Source: an uncultured Rubritalea sp. (GTDB taxonomy: Bacteria > Verrucomicrobiota > Verrucomicrobiia > Verrucomicrobiales > Akkermansiaceae). From it: a stretch of DNA of 64,000 nt. The notes under the pieces were generated by a model that searched no databases, was not told the origin of the DNA, and saw only the letters and a program-made list of their open reading frames with translations. The stretch's first letter is position 1; each line of letters opens with the position of its first letter. The stretch is from the NCBI GenBank assembly GCA_937923145.1, contig CALAJT010000024.1, positions 3,563 to 67,562 on the forward strand, written 5' to 3'. This document shows, piece by piece, positions 51,168 to 60,370 of the stretch. Both the position numbers and the translations under genes were made by a program.

Positions 51168-51329
51168 ATGAGTGATCCTCAGAGCACAGCAGCACTTGTA
51201 ATAGTAGGTCTAACAATAGCGATGTTTACCTATCGACTTGTTAGAAAGAAATCTGGCGTTTGCGGTGGGGGCTGTGCTTGTACTGTAAAGCCTAAGACCC
51301 CAGAAAAAGAGATAAAAACACCTAAGTAG
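51168..51329 (+). CDS. FeoB-associated Cys-rich small membrane protein (53 aa), not in ORF track
   Basis: MSDPQSTAALVIVGLTIAMFTYRLVRKKSGVCGGGCACTVKPK...*: one TM, then basic residues and CGGGCAC. Starts 4 bp after the feoB stop. Confidence 0.85.
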   Translation: MSDPQSTAALVIVGLTIAMFTYRLVRKKSGVCGGGCACTVKPKTPEKEIKTPK

Positions 51330-51579
51330 ATTTTCATCTAGTTTGGGTGTGAAATTTGCCTGAATAAAAATTTAAATACTGCTCCTCCATTTTACTAGTA
51401 TTAGCTTTTTCAATCCATAATTGTCGCTTCTGTCTGTCTGAATATAGATCTTGCTTAGTTCTTGTACAGCTTTTGTGCATTTGTGACCGTTGGCTACATA
51501 GCCAGAGCGGAACAGAATAGATAGGTTTTAAAATACTATAGTTCCATAGTGGCTAGTTATTAAAGATTTATGTAGTAAT

Positions 51580-52694
51580 ATGAGTTCAAAGCTCACGTCG
51601 CTACAGAAGCTCTCAAAGGAGGAGAAAACTATACAGCAAATCGCTCAAGAAAATGATATTACTCCAACTCAGGTTAGCGCCTGGAAAAAAGAGCTTGAAG
51701 AACGAATGTGTGAAATATTTGAGCGCAAGAATGCATCAGATAAGCAGCTCAAACATCATGAAAAAAGAGGTGGCCATTTAGAGCGTAAAATTGGTCAACT
51801 CGTCATTGAGAAGGAGTTTCTTGAAAAAAAGTGCGAACAGTTGGGGATCGATCTCACCGAAAGACCATGATCGATACTCAACACCCTAAACTCTCGATTC
51901 GTAAGCAATCAGAAATGCTAGGAGTCAACCGCAATAGACTCAAGCCACGTCAATCCAAACACACAGAAGAAGATCACTCTATCATGAAAAAGCTGGATGA
52001 AATATACATGGAATGCCCATTTTATGGTCAACGAAAACTACACTTAGAGCTCCGAGATCACGGTCTCAAAGTAGGTCGGAATCGTGTCAGAAGACTCATG
52101 AGGATCATGGGTATTGAAGCTCTATTACCTAAGCCAAACACTAGTAAGCCCTGTAAAGTCAGTCACATCTACTCGTATTTACTCCGTAATCGCGCGATCG
52201 AAGAAGTGGATGAAGTTTGGCGTGCGGACATTACCTTCATTCCGATGGAAAAAGGACACGCTTACCTCGTTGCGATCATGGACTGGCATAGCCGAGCTGT
52301 GTTTAGTTGGGAAGTCAGTAACACGATGGATAGAAGCTTCTGTGTCCGCGCTCTGAAGTCCGCAATGGCTCTAACAGGGCGTAAACCAAAGATATTTAAC
52401 ACGGATCAAGGTAGCCAGTTTAGCAGTGTTGAATGGACGACTGAGTTGAGCAATAACGGCATTCAAATCAGCATGGACGACAAAGTACGCTCGATGGATA
52501 ATGCATTCATTGAGCGGCTCTGGCGTAGCATCAAATACGAGAAGCTGCGGCTCTGGGGCTACGATAGTGTCTGATATCTTCGAGTTCTAGTCGATGACTG
52601 GATGGAGTTCTATAGCCACCGAAGGAAACATCAAGGCCTGGTATACATTACTCCTTGGTCAATCTACTCTGATCGGCAACAACAAGCCGCATAG
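51580..52694 (+). pseudogene. Degenerate IS3-family element (orfA/orfB)
   Basis: orfA 51580-51870 with an A-AAA-AAG -1 frameshift signal at 51825-51831. orfB has DDE motifs (WRADITF, TDQGSQF, DNAFIERLW). A premature TGA at 52572-52574 is followed in frame by ...FYSHRRKHQGLVYITPW to a TAG near 52694. The orfA 5' end is truncated and frameshifted (EFKAHVATEALK in another frame). No terminal IRs found. Confidence 0.85.
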
Positions 52695-52773
52695 GATGGC
52701 AGTGGCCGTAGTTGGACAACCACAAACCAACACCTCAAGGAAGATCAGCAAATCACTAGGGCATGTTTGCTAA

Positions 52774-53424
52774 TTAGTACTTAATGTATAGAAGGATGGA
52801 GGCTAAGGAAACTATTGCTTTGAATAAATCGTGGTTTTTCTCATATCGTGTTCCTATTCTTCGGAATCGTTTGAGCTTTTGAAATAAGTTTTCTACTTTA
52901 TGCCTTTCTTTGTAGATATGCTTGTCAAATTCAGGAATATTGAGTTTATTTTTTCGGTAGGCTATGACGGAGGTAGAGTTCTGATTGTTCACAAACTCAC
53001 GAATATCGTCGCTGTCATAGCCTGCATCTAATAATGCGAAACTATCTTGCTTTAGATGCCTTTTAAGAAGAGCTGTAGCTTGACTACTATCATGTTTTTC
53101 TCCTCCAGTAATGATGCAACTCAAAGGGTATCCGAGAGCATCGCAAGCCATATGTATCTTAGAGCTGAGTCCTCCTTTTGACTTTCCCATTGCTTGTCTG
53201 TACTGACCTCCTTTTGGATTACTCCCGTCTTGATGAACTCGCATTATGGAGCTATCAATCATCACATATTCGCAATCTGAGAACTCTAAATATAGCTTCT
53301 TAAGAGCATCATCCCAAACGCCTTTAATAATCCATCGCCTGAATTGAGAATAGATTTTACTCCACTTACCAAATTTTTTAGGTAAATCTCTCCATGGAAT
53401 ACCAGTGCGAAGCACAAAGATCAT
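52774..53424 (-). pseudogene. IS5-family transposase, 5' end disrupted
   Basis: LRTGIPWRDLP, IDSS, KIHMACDALG, DAGYDSD and YKERHKVENLFQKLKRFRRIGTRYEK motifs. The upstream coding (YLSTVNWNLLKK) is offset by a frameshift at an A7 run (53495-53501), and no start codon survives next to the IS1595 insertion. Confidence 0.8.
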
Positions 53425-53538
53425 GCCTTCAATATTCAGTTTCTGATTTTTACATTTCCTCCCTCGTCTAGAATTACCGGATCTAGAGGTTATATTTTTT
53501 TAGAAGGTTCCAATTGACTGTTGATAAATATTACTTTA

Positions 53539-54258
53539 GGGGCTGTACTAGCTAAGGGCTCTTTGATTCCTCTCGAACCCATATTTTAAGCTGATTGAGG
53601 AGCTTTTTGTGGTTACCACCATTAAAACGCCATTCGCACTCTTTCAAGAACCAATAAAAGTTTTCTTTTTTGATGCCATTAAACTTCCTCATATGTCTCT
53701 TTGCCTGGTTCCAGAAGTTCTCTATTCCATTGATGTGATTTGCCTTATTTGCAAATAGCTTTGAGTGGTTAATTCTGTGGTGCTCAAAGCCTGCTACATC
53801 CAGAGCATTGTAGCTTCTAAAAGTGTCTGTAAAAACGATGCTATCTGGCTCTACCTTCTCTTCAATAATAGGCATTAAAGTTGCGCTTTTTGCATCGGGT
53901 ATAATTGCAGTGTAAAATCTGCCACCTCTTTTAAGTAATTCAAATACAGCTACTTTTCCTCCTGCTCCACGTCCTCGTTTACCTTTCCTCTTTCCACCAA
54001 AGTAACTTTCATCCATTTCAACTTCACCAGATAGTTTATAACATGGTAATTTACTCGCTATTAGCCTACGTAATCGCATGTAAAAAGTCGTCGCTGTGTG
54101 TTTGTTTACCCCAATGATTTCACCAGCAGCTCTAGCTGTAGTTCCTGCTACAAAGTGAGTGATTAAATCGTTTTGTTTTTTGGCTGAAAGACGGCTTTTT
54201 CTCTGATACATTTTCTTCTAGTTAAGCATGATTTAAATTGCTTAGCTAGTACTGCCCC
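53539..54258 (-). mobile_element. Intact 720-bp IS1595-family (IS1016-group) insertion sequence
   Basis: 18-bp TIRs GGGGCTGTACTAGCTAAG and (rc) GGGGCAGTACTAGCTAAG with 1 mismatch. 8-bp target duplication TTACTTTA at 53531-53538 and 54259-54266. Confidence 0.95.
53552..54211 (-). CDS. IS1595-family (IS1016-like) transposase
   Basis: RKSRLS, EMDESYFGG, RGRGAGGK, TDTFRSY, HINGIENFW and ECEWRFN motifs. The stop lies inside the TIR. Confidence 0.95.
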   Translation of the reverse strand: MYQRKSRLSAKKQNDLITHFVAGTTARAAGEIIGVNKHTATTFYMRLRRLIASKLPCYKLSGEVEMDESYFGGKRKGKRGRGAGGKVAVFELLKRGGRFYTAIIPDAKSATLMPIIEEKVEPDSIVFTDTFRSYNALDVAGFEHHRINHSKLFANKANHINGIENFWNQAKRHMRKFNGIKKENFYWFLKECEWRFNGGNHKKLLNQLKIWVREESKSP

Positions 54259-54592
54259 TTACTTTATTTGCAAAAACGCCCTAGATGTATTTAAAACGAA
54301 AGCAGAGATAAGGCATGATAATTTTCTCAGTTTATGTTTTTAGCTTAATATTAGTGTATTAAATGTATTTATTTGAGTGTGATCTCAAACAACTAATTTA
54401 ATGGTCTAATTGATCATGTGTTTAGCTGCTCGAAACCTATCGTAATGCTATATGTAAGATAGAAAAGGTAGTGTTATTGTCTGTTACAGAATAATTTAAA
54501 ACTAATTTTATAAATAAAAATAATCACTGCTGTTACTTCAAAAATAAGAAGTTTTATTTACAGATGCTACACCAATACATAAGTTGTCAAAT

Positions 54593-55546
54593 ATGACATT
54601 TAAAACATATTTATTCCCTCCCAGGAAAATGTTCGTGTTAACGCTATTGTTAGTAGCGCCGACAACAGTTAAAGCGAGTTTGAATTTTGGAGGTAGCATA
54701 GCAGCGCCTACTGGAACAACCACTTATTATGAAGGTAATCAAAAAGGTGGAGTAGGCTCACCTTCAAATGTTCCTTGGAGGAATAGTAACGGTGTTGGGG
54801 GGAACATTTCCTTCGGTATTAGCGGAACAAGTATTGATGGCTCTACTCCACTGACCTTCACTGAATCGGGGGCAACTACGTCTGGTTTCACTAATAATGC
54901 TAGTAATTTTGCTTTGGAGCATGAAGCTGTAAAATTTACTATCGAGATTGATTATCGCAATTGGGCTATAGATAATAGTGGTCATTGGTATAGCACAGAT
55001 GGCACAATATTTCAGGGGGCAAGTGACATTAATTTCACAATAGGGTTGATCAATGCTGATGGGTCTCTTTTGTGGAATGAGGATGTTGGTGTGAAAATGA
55101 CATTACAAGCCTTTGGAGCAGATGATATAAGCCTATTGGATCATAATTCGAGTATAAACCGTAATGCAGCAATACCAAATGCAGCAGCACCATTATCCGA
55201 AGAAAATGATTTTTCTATAAGCTACGGAGCTGGAGATAACTCTGTTATCTTTGAGAGCTTATCTGATGGTGGTGGTGATGGGCTACAGGCTGATCACGTA
55301 GGGCACTTTTGGAATAAGCAGTCTGGAACTGCAGGATCTGGCTCAGACTTCGTCGAGGTGGGGCGTGCAACTGTCACTTTTGAATTTGTAGATTTCAATG
55401 CTGCGGATGGGATTGACTCTTTTGCAGCTGGAACAGTATTTGGATTTTCGCTGGATGGCTCTAACTTCGTAGCAGTACCTGAACCTAGTTCAACTGCGTT
55501 AATTGCTTTAGGTGGTCTTGCTTTGATCATACGTCGTCGTAATTAG
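54593..55546 (+). CDS. PEP-CTERM sorting domain surface protein
   Basis: Signal peptide, Gly/Ser/Asn/Thr-rich beta body and C-terminal VPEPSSTALIALGGLALIIRRRN. Start is ATG 54593 or a later ATG. Confidence 0.92.
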   Translation: MTFKTYLFPPRKMFVLTLLLVAPTTVKASLNFGGSIAAPTGTTTYYEGNQKGGVGSPSNVPWRNSNGVGGNISFGISGTSIDGSTPLTFTESGATTSGFTNNASNFALEHEAVKFTIEIDYRNWAIDNSGHWYSTDGTIFQGASDINFTIGLINADGSLLWNEDVGVKMTLQAFGADDISLLDHNSSINRNAAIPNAAAPLSEENDFSISYGAGDNSVIFESLSDGGGDGLQADHVGHFWNKQSGTAGSGSDFVEVGRATVTFEFVDFNAADGIDSFAAGTVFGFSLDGSNFVAVPEPSSTALIALGGLALIIRRRN

Positions 55547-55590
55547 ATCTTATTCCCAATAATATTTATCGATTTTATTTAATTATTTAG

Positions 55591-55625
55591 CTCCAAGCCT
55601 CCAGAGGTTTGGAGTTTTCTTCTTA
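55591..55625 (+). terminator. Intrinsic terminator after the PEP-CTERM gene
   Basis: CTCCAAGCCT-CCAG-AGGTTTGGAG followed by TTTTCTTCTT. Confidence 0.75.
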
Positions 55626-55713
55626 TTTGGTGATAGTTAAGTAATAGCTCTCGCTATTAAGCTAAATATTCGTGAATTTAATATAATCCAATAGTTAGGT
55701 AGTATTTAACCTT

Positions 55714-57189
55714 ATGGAAGTAAAAGAATACCATTCACTGAGAGAGATCATATGGCTAATGTTATTAGTTGCCATAGTTTATTATCAGGTTCATGATTTT
55801 GAATTTGTTCAGTATGACGATCCCGCTTACATCTATGAAAATAGCTATGTCAAAAAAGGATTAAGCAGCGATGGTATTAAATGGGCGTTCACTTGCCAAG
55901 ATGACAAACAAACTTTGAAATACTCGGGAGTGGAGAATATATATCACCCTCTTACATGGCTTTCGCACATGCTCGATGTTCAGATATTTGGCATGAAGTC
56001 TGGTCTGCATCATATTAGCAATGTTTTACTTCATTGTATTGGAGGTATATATTGCTTTCTCTTCGTTAGGAAATTTACTAAATCTGCAAACGTCGCTTTT
56101 ATCGCATCAGCACTCTTTTTAATTCACCCTACTCATGTAGAAAGTGTTGGGTGGGTTTCAGAACGTAAAGATGTGCTGAGTGGAGTCTTTTTTTGGTCAG
56201 CTCTATACTACGCCATCAGTAAAGGTCGATATGCAGGACATCTAGCATACACATGTTTAGTTTTAGGTTTACTATCAAAGCCTTCTATCGTGGTGTTACC
56301 CCTCATAGTAATCTTGATAAGAATCTATACCTCGGACAAATCTTTCACATCTAAGAACTTCCTTCAAGCTACTTTAAAATACAAGTATTGGCTACTCACT
56401 GCGATCGTCTTTAGTCTGATTACATTTTATCTTCAGCGCACAGGGTCTCATCAGCAGTTCGCTGATCAGAGCTCTATCATGAGTCGAGTTCCAAGTATAG
56501 TCTTAGGCTATTGGTTTTATCTATACAGATCTATTATTCCTTTGGATCTCAGTTTTTCTTACCCACTACCTGCATTCGGCCAAAGACTCGTTACTTTCTC
56601 TTGCATCGCTCTATTTGGGCTTTTTTACCTTGTCTGGGCGTTGAGACATCGGGCGCCTGCTCTCTTCTTTGGAGTTGTTTGGTTTACTCTTTGTTGGCTA
56701 CCTATTTCTGGAATTATATACATAGGAGTAGATTTTACGGTAGATCGATACCTTTATTTTTCATTAGGAGGCTTTTTCATTATCTTAGCCCAATATCTAG
56801 AACGTTCTTATTTGAGGAGAATGCTAGCTTTCGCTGTAATCACTATCTTTAGTATACTGAGTTACCAGCAGGTAAAAGTATGGGAAAATACGGAGAGTTT
56901 ATTTATAAATGCTACTAAATCTCAGCCTGAAAGCTATATGGGATGGACTAATCTAGGTGCATATTATCAAACCCAATATCAAATTGAAGATGCGATTAAT
57001 AGCCACAAAAAATCAATTCAGTTAAACCCAAGAGCCCATATATCCGAGTATAATTTAAGCAGATGTTATCTTTACAAAAAGAACTATGTTTTAGCGGCAG
57101 AGCATCTAGAAAAAAGTTTCAAAATAGCACCTTATTATAAGCCAACGCTGAAATTGTTAGAAACCCTTAGAATTAGAGTGGACAAGTAA
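55714..57189 (+). CDS. TMTC-like GT-C membrane glycosyltransferase with C-terminal TPRs
   Basis: YDDPAYIYEN, YHPLTWLSHMLD, HPTHVESVGWVSERKDVL, LSKPS and VDRYLY motifs, multiple TMs, and TPR-like helices at the C-terminus. Confidence 0.85.
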   Translation: MEVKEYHSLREIIWLMLLVAIVYYQVHDFEFVQYDDPAYIYENSYVKKGLSSDGIKWAFTCQDDKQTLKYSGVENIYHPLTWLSHMLDVQIFGMKSGLHHISNVLLHCIGGIYCFLFVRKFTKSANVAFIASALFLIHPTHVESVGWVSERKDVLSGVFFWSALYYAISKGRYAGHLAYTCLVLGLLSKPSIVVLPLIVILIRIYTSDKSFTSKNFLQATLKYKYWLLTAIVFSLITFYLQRTGSHQQFADQSSIMSRVPSIVLGYWFYLYRSIIPLDLSFSYPLPAFGQRLVTFSCIALFGLFYLVWALRHRAPALFFGVVWFTLCWLPISGIIYIGVDFTVDRYLYFSLGGFFIILAQYLERSYLRRMLAFAVITIFSILSYQQVKVWENTESLFINATKSQPESYMGWTNLGAYYQTQYQIEDAINSHKKSIQLNPRAHISEYNLSRCYLYKKNYVLAAEHLEKSFKIAPYYKPTLKLLETLRIRVDK

Positions 57190-57270
57190 TTTTCAACCTT
57201 TACTAATTTTATCTTTAGATAGAAAATGGATTCGATTTCAAATATATAGAACTTAGAAGACTCCCTAATC

Positions 57271-58497
57271 ATGCTAAAGACACTACAAAGACGTGAAAAA
57301 CATAATAAAGCTATCAGAGTAGGTCTTGTGGGAGCAGGTGCTATGGGCATGGGGATTGCTCACCAGATCAGTATTACTCCGGGAATGGAACTTGTCTGGG
57401 TAGCTGATTCTGAGCTAAGTATGGCAAAAAAAGCAGCGTCTACTACTAGAGGCTGTCAGTCAGGTGTTGATGCTAATATTCTTTTGGAATCCATCCATGT
57501 AGAAGTATTTATAGAGAGCACTAATTCTATACAAAGTGCGTTGTCATACTGTGAAAGTGCGATTAAGAGTAAATCTCACGTTGTCCTTATGAATGCTGAG
57601 GTCGATTTAGCCTTTGGACCGTATCTTAAAAAACTGGCAGAGGATCATGATGTGATCGTTACTAGCGATGCTGGAGATCAGCATGGTGTATTAGCTACTA
57701 TGATCGAGGAGATCACCCTCTGGGGGTTCGATATCGTACAGGCTGGAAACATAAAAGGATTCCTCAAGCGTGATGCGACTATAGAATCTCTGGCTCATGA
57801 AGCAGCTATCCGTAATTTAAATCCAGTCCAATGCTGTGCCTATACCGATGGGACAAAACTCAATATAGAAATGGCAGTTCTAGCTAATGCTCTTGGCTAC
57901 TTGCCTACTGATACCGGGATGACTGGACCTCGTGCAGAAAAAGTGAGTGAAGCCTTAGATCTATTTGATTTTGATTCTTATCCTAAACAAGGAGTCATCG
58001 ATTACATATTAGGATCCGAGCCAGATGGGGGAGTTTATGTGATAGGTAAATGTGATACTGAAGTTCAGATTCCTTACCTCAAATATTACAAATTACTAAA
58101 ATCTGATCAAGGATACTACTACCTTTTCTACCGCCCTTATCATCTCTGCCATCTAGAAACTCCTAAGGCAATCTATCATGCGGCAGAGTTGGGCGAGGCT
58201 TTGCTTCAGCCATGGAGCGGGCGTATTACAGATGTCTATGCATATGCAAAATCAGATTTTCCAGCTGGGACAGTAATTGATGAAGGTATCGGAAGTAATA
58301 TCGTCTATGGAATGGTAAAAGCTACCAAAGATGCGCCATCACAGGTCCCAGTGGTCACTCTTGAAATAGAAGGTGAAAAACCTCAGTTCAGAAATTCAGT
58401 CACTAAAGGACAGGCTCTGACCTACGATGATATTTATTGGCCAGATACCACACTGCTAGATAAATACAATCACCCTGACAATCTTCCTTCTAAATAG
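57271..58497 (+). CDS. NAD(P)-dependent oxidoreductase, homoserine-dehydrogenase-like with C-terminal SAF domain
   Basis: GLVGAGAMG Rossmann motif, MNAEVD, GDQHG, DGTKLNIEMAVLANA, YRPYHLCHLE and AKSDFPAGTVIDEGIG. Confidence 0.8.
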   Translation: MLKTLQRREKHNKAIRVGLVGAGAMGMGIAHQISITPGMELVWVADSELSMAKKAASTTRGCQSGVDANILLESIHVEVFIESTNSIQSALSYCESAIKSKSHVVLMNAEVDLAFGPYLKKLAEDHDVIVTSDAGDQHGVLATMIEEITLWGFDIVQAGNIKGFLKRDATIESLAHEAAIRNLNPVQCCAYTDGTKLNIEMAVLANALGYLPTDTGMTGPRAEKVSEALDLFDFDSYPKQGVIDYILGSEPDGGVYVIGKCDTEVQIPYLKYYKLLKSDQGYYYLFYRPYHLCHLETPKAIYHAAELGEALLQPWSGRITDVYAYAKSDFPAGTVIDEGIGSNIVYGMVKATKDAPSQVPVVTLEIEGEKPQFRNSVTKGQALTYDDIYWPDTTLLDKYNHPDNLPSK

Positions 58498-58500
58498 TAT

Positions 58501-59877
58501 ATGAATCCTTCCTTAGAAGTATTAATTATAGGCTCAGGTGTATGCGGTTCATACGCAGGGTTAACTTTAGCTCGTTCTGGAGCTAAGGTGACGATTCTGG
58601 AAAAAGAACCTCGTATTGGTGGACTTGCTGCTGGCTATAAATTTGGCGATAACTACTGCGATTTCGGAGTACACATGCTGCATGCATTTAATAAAGAGAT
58701 CTTCGAAGATTGTGCAGCACTAATGGGGAAGGAGCGGATCGAAGCGGCACTAGATGCTCGTATTCGTTGGGGGGGGACGAGTTGTAAGTATCCATTAAAA
58801 TTTAGAGAAATGCTCAGAGCTATGCCTCCATTAACTCTACTTAGATGTGTCAGTGGTCTCGTGATCGCTGAAGTCTCTGGAGCCAAAAATCGTAAAGCTA
58901 TCCATAACGCAGAAGACGCTCTTATCGCATTTTATGGTACTCCACTGTATGAATATTTCTTTGAAGAATTCACTCATAAATACTGGGATATTCACCCCAG
59001 AGACCTCTCCGCAGAATTTATACGCAGGAAAATGCCGCGTCTCTCAGCAGTCGATGTCCTTAGAAAGTTACTTCCATTCAGAAAAAAGGCTGAATCCAAT
59101 ATCACTGAGTCAGCTCTGGATACTGAAACACTACATTACTCAAAAACGGGTTCAGAATCATTACCAAGATCGCTAGCTTCTGAGTTTACCAGATTAGGTG
59201 GGAAGATTCTAACAGAAGTAAATCTTACTAAGTTATCACTCTCGCCATGTCAGGCAAATTACACTCATCTTGCTGAAGATCATCAATGGAAGGGAGATCG
59301 TGTTATTAATACTGCACCACTCCATTCCTTAACCTTATTGCTAGGGATTAATGTTCCTGAACGTATCCACAGAGCTGTAACAGAATTGAAATACAAACCC
59401 ACCGTGGTATACGCATTATTAGTCCAGAAGGATCAATGTATGGATGCTCTCTATACCTATTACAGGAATAGGACATTTCATCGAGTAGGAGAACCTAAGA
59501 ATGCTGGTCTCGTGGTAAATCCTAAAGGAAATACTATACTTATTGTCGAATCTACCTGTGAACAGGGAGATTATAGATGGGTGGGTTCTGAAAAATATAA
59601 ACAAGAAATTGTTAGAGATTTAGTAGACGAAAAAATCTGTGAAGAGAATGACATCGTAGAGTGGAACCTGATGCGCTCTCTTCACGGCTACCCTATCTAT
59701 ACAAATGGATTTGATACTCATCTTACAGAAATTCAAACTTGGATTGATGAGCAAAAAAATCTAAGCTCCACAGGCAGGCAGGGAGCCTTCTGTTACCCAG
59801 CCATGCATAATGCTATGCAGCTCGGAAAAGATGCAGCAGGTGAAATCATTAAGAATCATGCAGACTCCAATCACTAA
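58501..59877 (+). CDS. FAD-dependent oxidoreductase (protoporphyrinogen-oxidase/UDP-galactopyranose-mutase-like fold)
   Basis: IIGSGVCG...EKEPRIGGLA, DFGVH, YTHKYW-like and TGRQGAF motifs. Confidence 0.8.
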   Translation: MNPSLEVLIIGSGVCGSYAGLTLARSGAKVTILEKEPRIGGLAAGYKFGDNYCDFGVHMLHAFNKEIFEDCAALMGKERIEAALDARIRWGGTSCKYPLKFREMLRAMPPLTLLRCVSGLVIAEVSGAKNRKAIHNAEDALIAFYGTPLYEYFFEEFTHKYWDIHPRDLSAEFIRRKMPRLSAVDVLRKLLPFRKKAESNITESALDTETLHYSKTGSESLPRSLASEFTRLGGKILTEVNLTKLSLSPCQANYTHLAEDHQWKGDRVINTAPLHSLTLLLGINVPERIHRAVTELKYKPTVVYALLVQKDQCMDALYTYYRNRTFHRVGEPKNAGLVVNPKGNTILIVESTCEQGDYRWVGSEKYKQEIVRDLVDEKICEENDIVEWNLMRSLHGYPIYTNGFDTHLTEIQTWIDEQKNLSSTGRQGAFCYPAMHNAMQLGKDAAGEIIKNHADSNH

Positions 59878-60370
59878 TAAAATCCCTAGATTTGCTGATG
59901 AGAGAGGCTGGTTCATGTCGACTCAGACTGAGGGGCTACCTGTTCAAAATTGGCTGATGCAAAACACGTCATACTCGCACAAGGACACTCTAAGAGGACT
60001 GCACTATCAGTCTTCATATCCTCAGGCTAAATTGATCACCGTTTTAGAAGGCTCGATTACAGACATCGTTTTAGACATAGATCCGCAATCACCTGCCTAT
60101 GGGCAATGGCTAAAATACCAGCTCTCCAATACTGATCCAGATCTACCAAACCAGATCTACATCCCAAATCACTACGCACACGGATTTGTGGTTACCAGTG
60201 ACTCTGCGCTCATAAGTTATCTAACTGATAATACCTATCACCCTGAAGCTGAGCATAGCATTCATCCTTTATCTCCAAGTTTAGATATTTCCTGGGGTGT
60301 TACGGATGCCATACTTTCGGTCAAGGATGCTAATGCTACCCCTTGGGAACCTAAAGATCTCTTGAGCTAA
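59858..60370 (+). CDS. rmlC: dTDP-4-dehydrorhamnose 3,5-epimerase family protein
   Basis: FADERGWF, QNTSYS, TLRGLHYQ, QAKLITV, YIPNHYAHGF and LSVKD motifs. Start at ATG 59858. Confidence 0.9.
   Translation: MQTPITNKIPRFADERGWFMSTQTEGLPVQNWLMQNTSYSHKDTLRGLHYQSSYPQAKLITVLEGSITDIVLDIDPQSPAYGQWLKYQLSNTDPDLPNQIYIPNHYAHGFVVTSDSALISYLTDNTYHPEAEHSIHPLSPSLDISWGVTDAILSVKDANATPWEPKDLLS

Larger units (their letters stand above)
52759..54281 (-). mobile_element. IS5-family (IS427-like) element interrupted by an IS1595-family element
   Basis: Ends GGGCATGTTTGCTAAT (52759) and, reverse-complemented, GGGCGTTTTTGCAAAT (54281) match at 13/16. Both ends sit in CTAG (52756-52759, 54281-54284), consistent with a TA or CTAG target duplication. 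Confidence 0.8.

Noticed and set aside
51330-51579. Gene remnant or left IS3 terminal repeat between the feo operon and IS3 orfA
   Set aside because: Short open stretches exist on the minus strand, but none is recognisable, and no TG...CA inverted-repeat pair matching the right side was found.
52572-52574. In-frame TGA in IS3 orfB as a second selenocysteine
   Set aside because: It is not at a Cys or redox position, has no convincing downstream hairpin, and the element carries other inactivating lesions.
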